A DNA stretch of 63,711 nucleotides, filler included, from Dimargaris cristalligena (taxonomy: Eukaryota), in NCBI GenBank assembly GCA_003614675.1. It is 4 parts of 4 records of this genome, joined end to end, with 100 filler letters (N's around TTAATTAATTAA, not from the genome) between each part and the next. Parts side by side here need not be neighbours in the genome. Positions count along the whole stretch, not along the records: positions 47,895 to 63,711 come from ML002871.1; 3 more parts are not named here. One strand, 5' to 3'. This document shows positions 61,343-63,711 of this stretch, one piece after another. Under the pieces are notes generated by a model, which was given only the letters and a program-made list of their open reading frames with translations, was not told the DNA's origin and did not search any database. The position numbers were made by a program, and so were the translations under genes. How positions within the stretch are numbered: the first letter of the stretch is position 1; each line of letters opens with the position of its first letter.

Positions 61343-63013
61343 ATGCGGGGCCCATCGTTCCTGAATCTCTTGTGGAGCTTTTGTCTAGGCGCCGTCCTGG
61401 CAGCCGCCCCTCCACCTAGGCTGGAGTCGCTTTCCACGGAAATCAACCAGCTTATTTTTGATCGGCTCGCATGGAAAGATAAATTTAACCTGGGGCTCAT
61501 TAGCCGACCCTTGGCCATTCAATCGGTATATAGTGGGATGTATGAAGTGGAACGGGTAAGTGGGCATCTAATGCTTGTCCCTATTGAGCTATAGGGTCGT
61601 TTTACCCGTTGCCCAATTTTCAAGGTTATCATGCACCGACTAACCTTGTGCATTCGTTGATCCACAGAATTCAGCATAACTATAACCTTAACCATTTACC
61701 TGCTTTTACATCTTAACCAATCCCAACCGACATTTGTTCGTCGGCTCGGTTAGGCCTGGGGCATCATTGATGCCTACTCCAGCGTCTGGATGAAGCCTAT
61801 AAATGGGGCCGATGAACTGGCTGGACAACTGTTCGAGCAATTGATGCCCCTTTTCGGCCCCCTTATCGAACCCGTATTTTTAACCAAACTCACCACGGTC
61901 GATATGTGGCGCGCAGGCCTTAATCCCACGGGTACGCACTTGGACCGGAGCAGCCGACTAGGTTTTCCCTCGTGGTCCTTTCAGAACTGGATGGAGAATT
62001 CTGGAATCAATTTCCAAATCCCCAGTCACTATACCCTCTCATACACTCCCGATGACTCCGAAGTGAACGACCCAGGTCACGAGACATTAGCCCTCCGGAG
62101 CTCGCAACTGGCGCCCCTCCAGCCCTTATTGCAGGCCGCTCACAAAGCCCGCCCATTCCAAGACGAGTTAAAAATGATCCAAGCCCAGGCCCGGGAAGTA
62201 ACGGTGGCTCATTTAGAAACGGCGGGCACCCTGTCCGTTTTCCTGCCCATTGTTTCCGAAATTCGGCTCGGTCGTCTGGACCGTTCCATGGCCCTGACCC
62301 GGTATCTGCGCAGCCCCCTGTTTGCCAAGGGCGCCGGGAAACACTGGTACCAATTTGTGCCGATCCCCTACTGGCAATTTGCGGTCAAGTTTTTCCTCCC
62401 GATCACCGGCGATGACGGCTATGGGCAGTTTTGGATAGCCCACTCAACCGAATTAAAATTTATGCGCGATATATTTCCCGAGGTCTTTGCCGACACTGTC
62501 ATTCGCATGGTGGTTCTGACCCTGGTGTATTATAAGGATACGGTAGGGTTGGAAACCTACTTGGAAAGCCTGGGGTCAACCCTATATCGCCAATTGCATC
62601 TGGAGGGCCTGGCCCTCGCCGCCAGTGCCCAATGGAATAGCGTCGACATTCTGAACGTCATGCTCCCGCGGGTCAGTTCTACCGAGCAGGCCCTGATTCG
62701 CCATTGTGCAAACCTATACGGTTGGGATCAAGTAGATGTTAACCTCCCGCGCGACGGTGCCAAGGGAAACACCGATTTCTTTGGCTCTTCTGAATCGAAT
62801 TGGTCGCAGGGTGCTCAGTGCCCCATCACGGTACCCGATTATATGCCCGTGCATCTAGACGCGCAGGGGCGCTTCAGTCTGCGCCTATACCCCAATCTAA
62901 ATACGGCCAAGCGTAGTGAGCCTCTGCGCCCTAAATCCAAAGCAGAGACCCAAGAGTTTTTAAACCAACTAGACAGGTTGTTGCGTGGTCAACCCCTGGA
63001 TACGGATGAGTAG
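61343..63013 (+). CDS. Putative secreted protein with N-terminal F-box-like motif, 2 exons (61343-61555, 61754-63013)
   Basis: Signal peptide MRGPSFLNLLWSFCLGAVLAA; LESLSTEINQLIFDRLAWKDKFNLGLISR; a phase-0 GTAAGT..TAG intron joins the 407-aa ORF in frame. Confidence 0.8.
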
Positions 63014-63711
63014 AGGATAGGAATTGCCTTATTCGTCAAACACCAGTGGTAGGGATGGTATGATTATATTGCCATTTGAATCCTGTACCAGACACTGTGC
63101 AGTAAAATAAATTACATATAATTGGATGCTCACTAAGTATTCATTGTCTTTAGCGAGTTGGCTTGTACTAACTTTAAAGGCTGGGCTTTTGAAACCCTCC
63201 CCTAACTGAAGCAAGTATTGCTATAGATCTAAATCAAATGCTTTCCTTACAGCCAGGAAGTATCACTCAACAATTATGTCAAGCCCACTTTTGGTTTGAG
63301 TGTGTATGTGTGCTGCTGTGGGCAGCTGGCCAGAGGCCGCGTAAGCCCCAGTACACATTGCTAATCCAAAAAGTAGTCATACTTTGGATAAATTCAAGGT
63401 CCCTGGACAATTGACGAGTTATTTCCATGGGAACGGTCCAGGGTCATTAATGTTATTTTATTTCTTTATGCTAGCTGATTCTCTTTTCGTTCAGCTTTCC
63501 AAATCATATTTCCATTTACCATTCCATCTATTATTGACGATCCTTTATGAGTAGGGCTTGGGAATAATCAGTCTCCGGCGGATTCCTTCTTGGAACCACA
63601 CCATACAACTTCTTAGCATGAATTCCTTTTTTCTCAGTTTTATCAATATCTGACATGAAGGAGGTCTGGGAAGGCTGTGTCTTCTAACCTCCCAAGTTCT
63701 ATATTTTGTTT

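Overview
Eukaryotic (fungal) genomic scaffold with GT-AG introns. Gene style and content suggest an early-diverging fungus, possibly a Zoopagomycota/Dimargaris-like mycoparasite (inference only). GC/CpG-rich genes: 3' part of ergothioneine synthase Egt1, a 3-exon orphan, a secreted PA-domain S8 subtilisin, a GGA-type VHS-GAT adaptor, PCC1, NHP2, SAM decarboxylase, a standalone YccF protein, a DAL5-family MFS transporter, PMS1, UBC8 and a SWEET transporter. These alternate with AT-rich, CpG-depleted islands of dead repeats: two Ty1/copia remnants with LTR+PBS, six copies of a ~550-590 bp LTR-like repeat and three copies of a 144 bp MITE. Most notable: (1) two diverged paralogous secreted proteins, one with an F-box-like motif right after the signal peptide (candidate effector family); (2) strongly directional C>T/G>A hypermutation of repeats; (3) a bacterial-type YccF gene; (4) a GGA lacking its ear domain. 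Three 100-nt N gaps carry an artificial TTAATTAATTAA spacer. All coordinates and alignments were read by eye.
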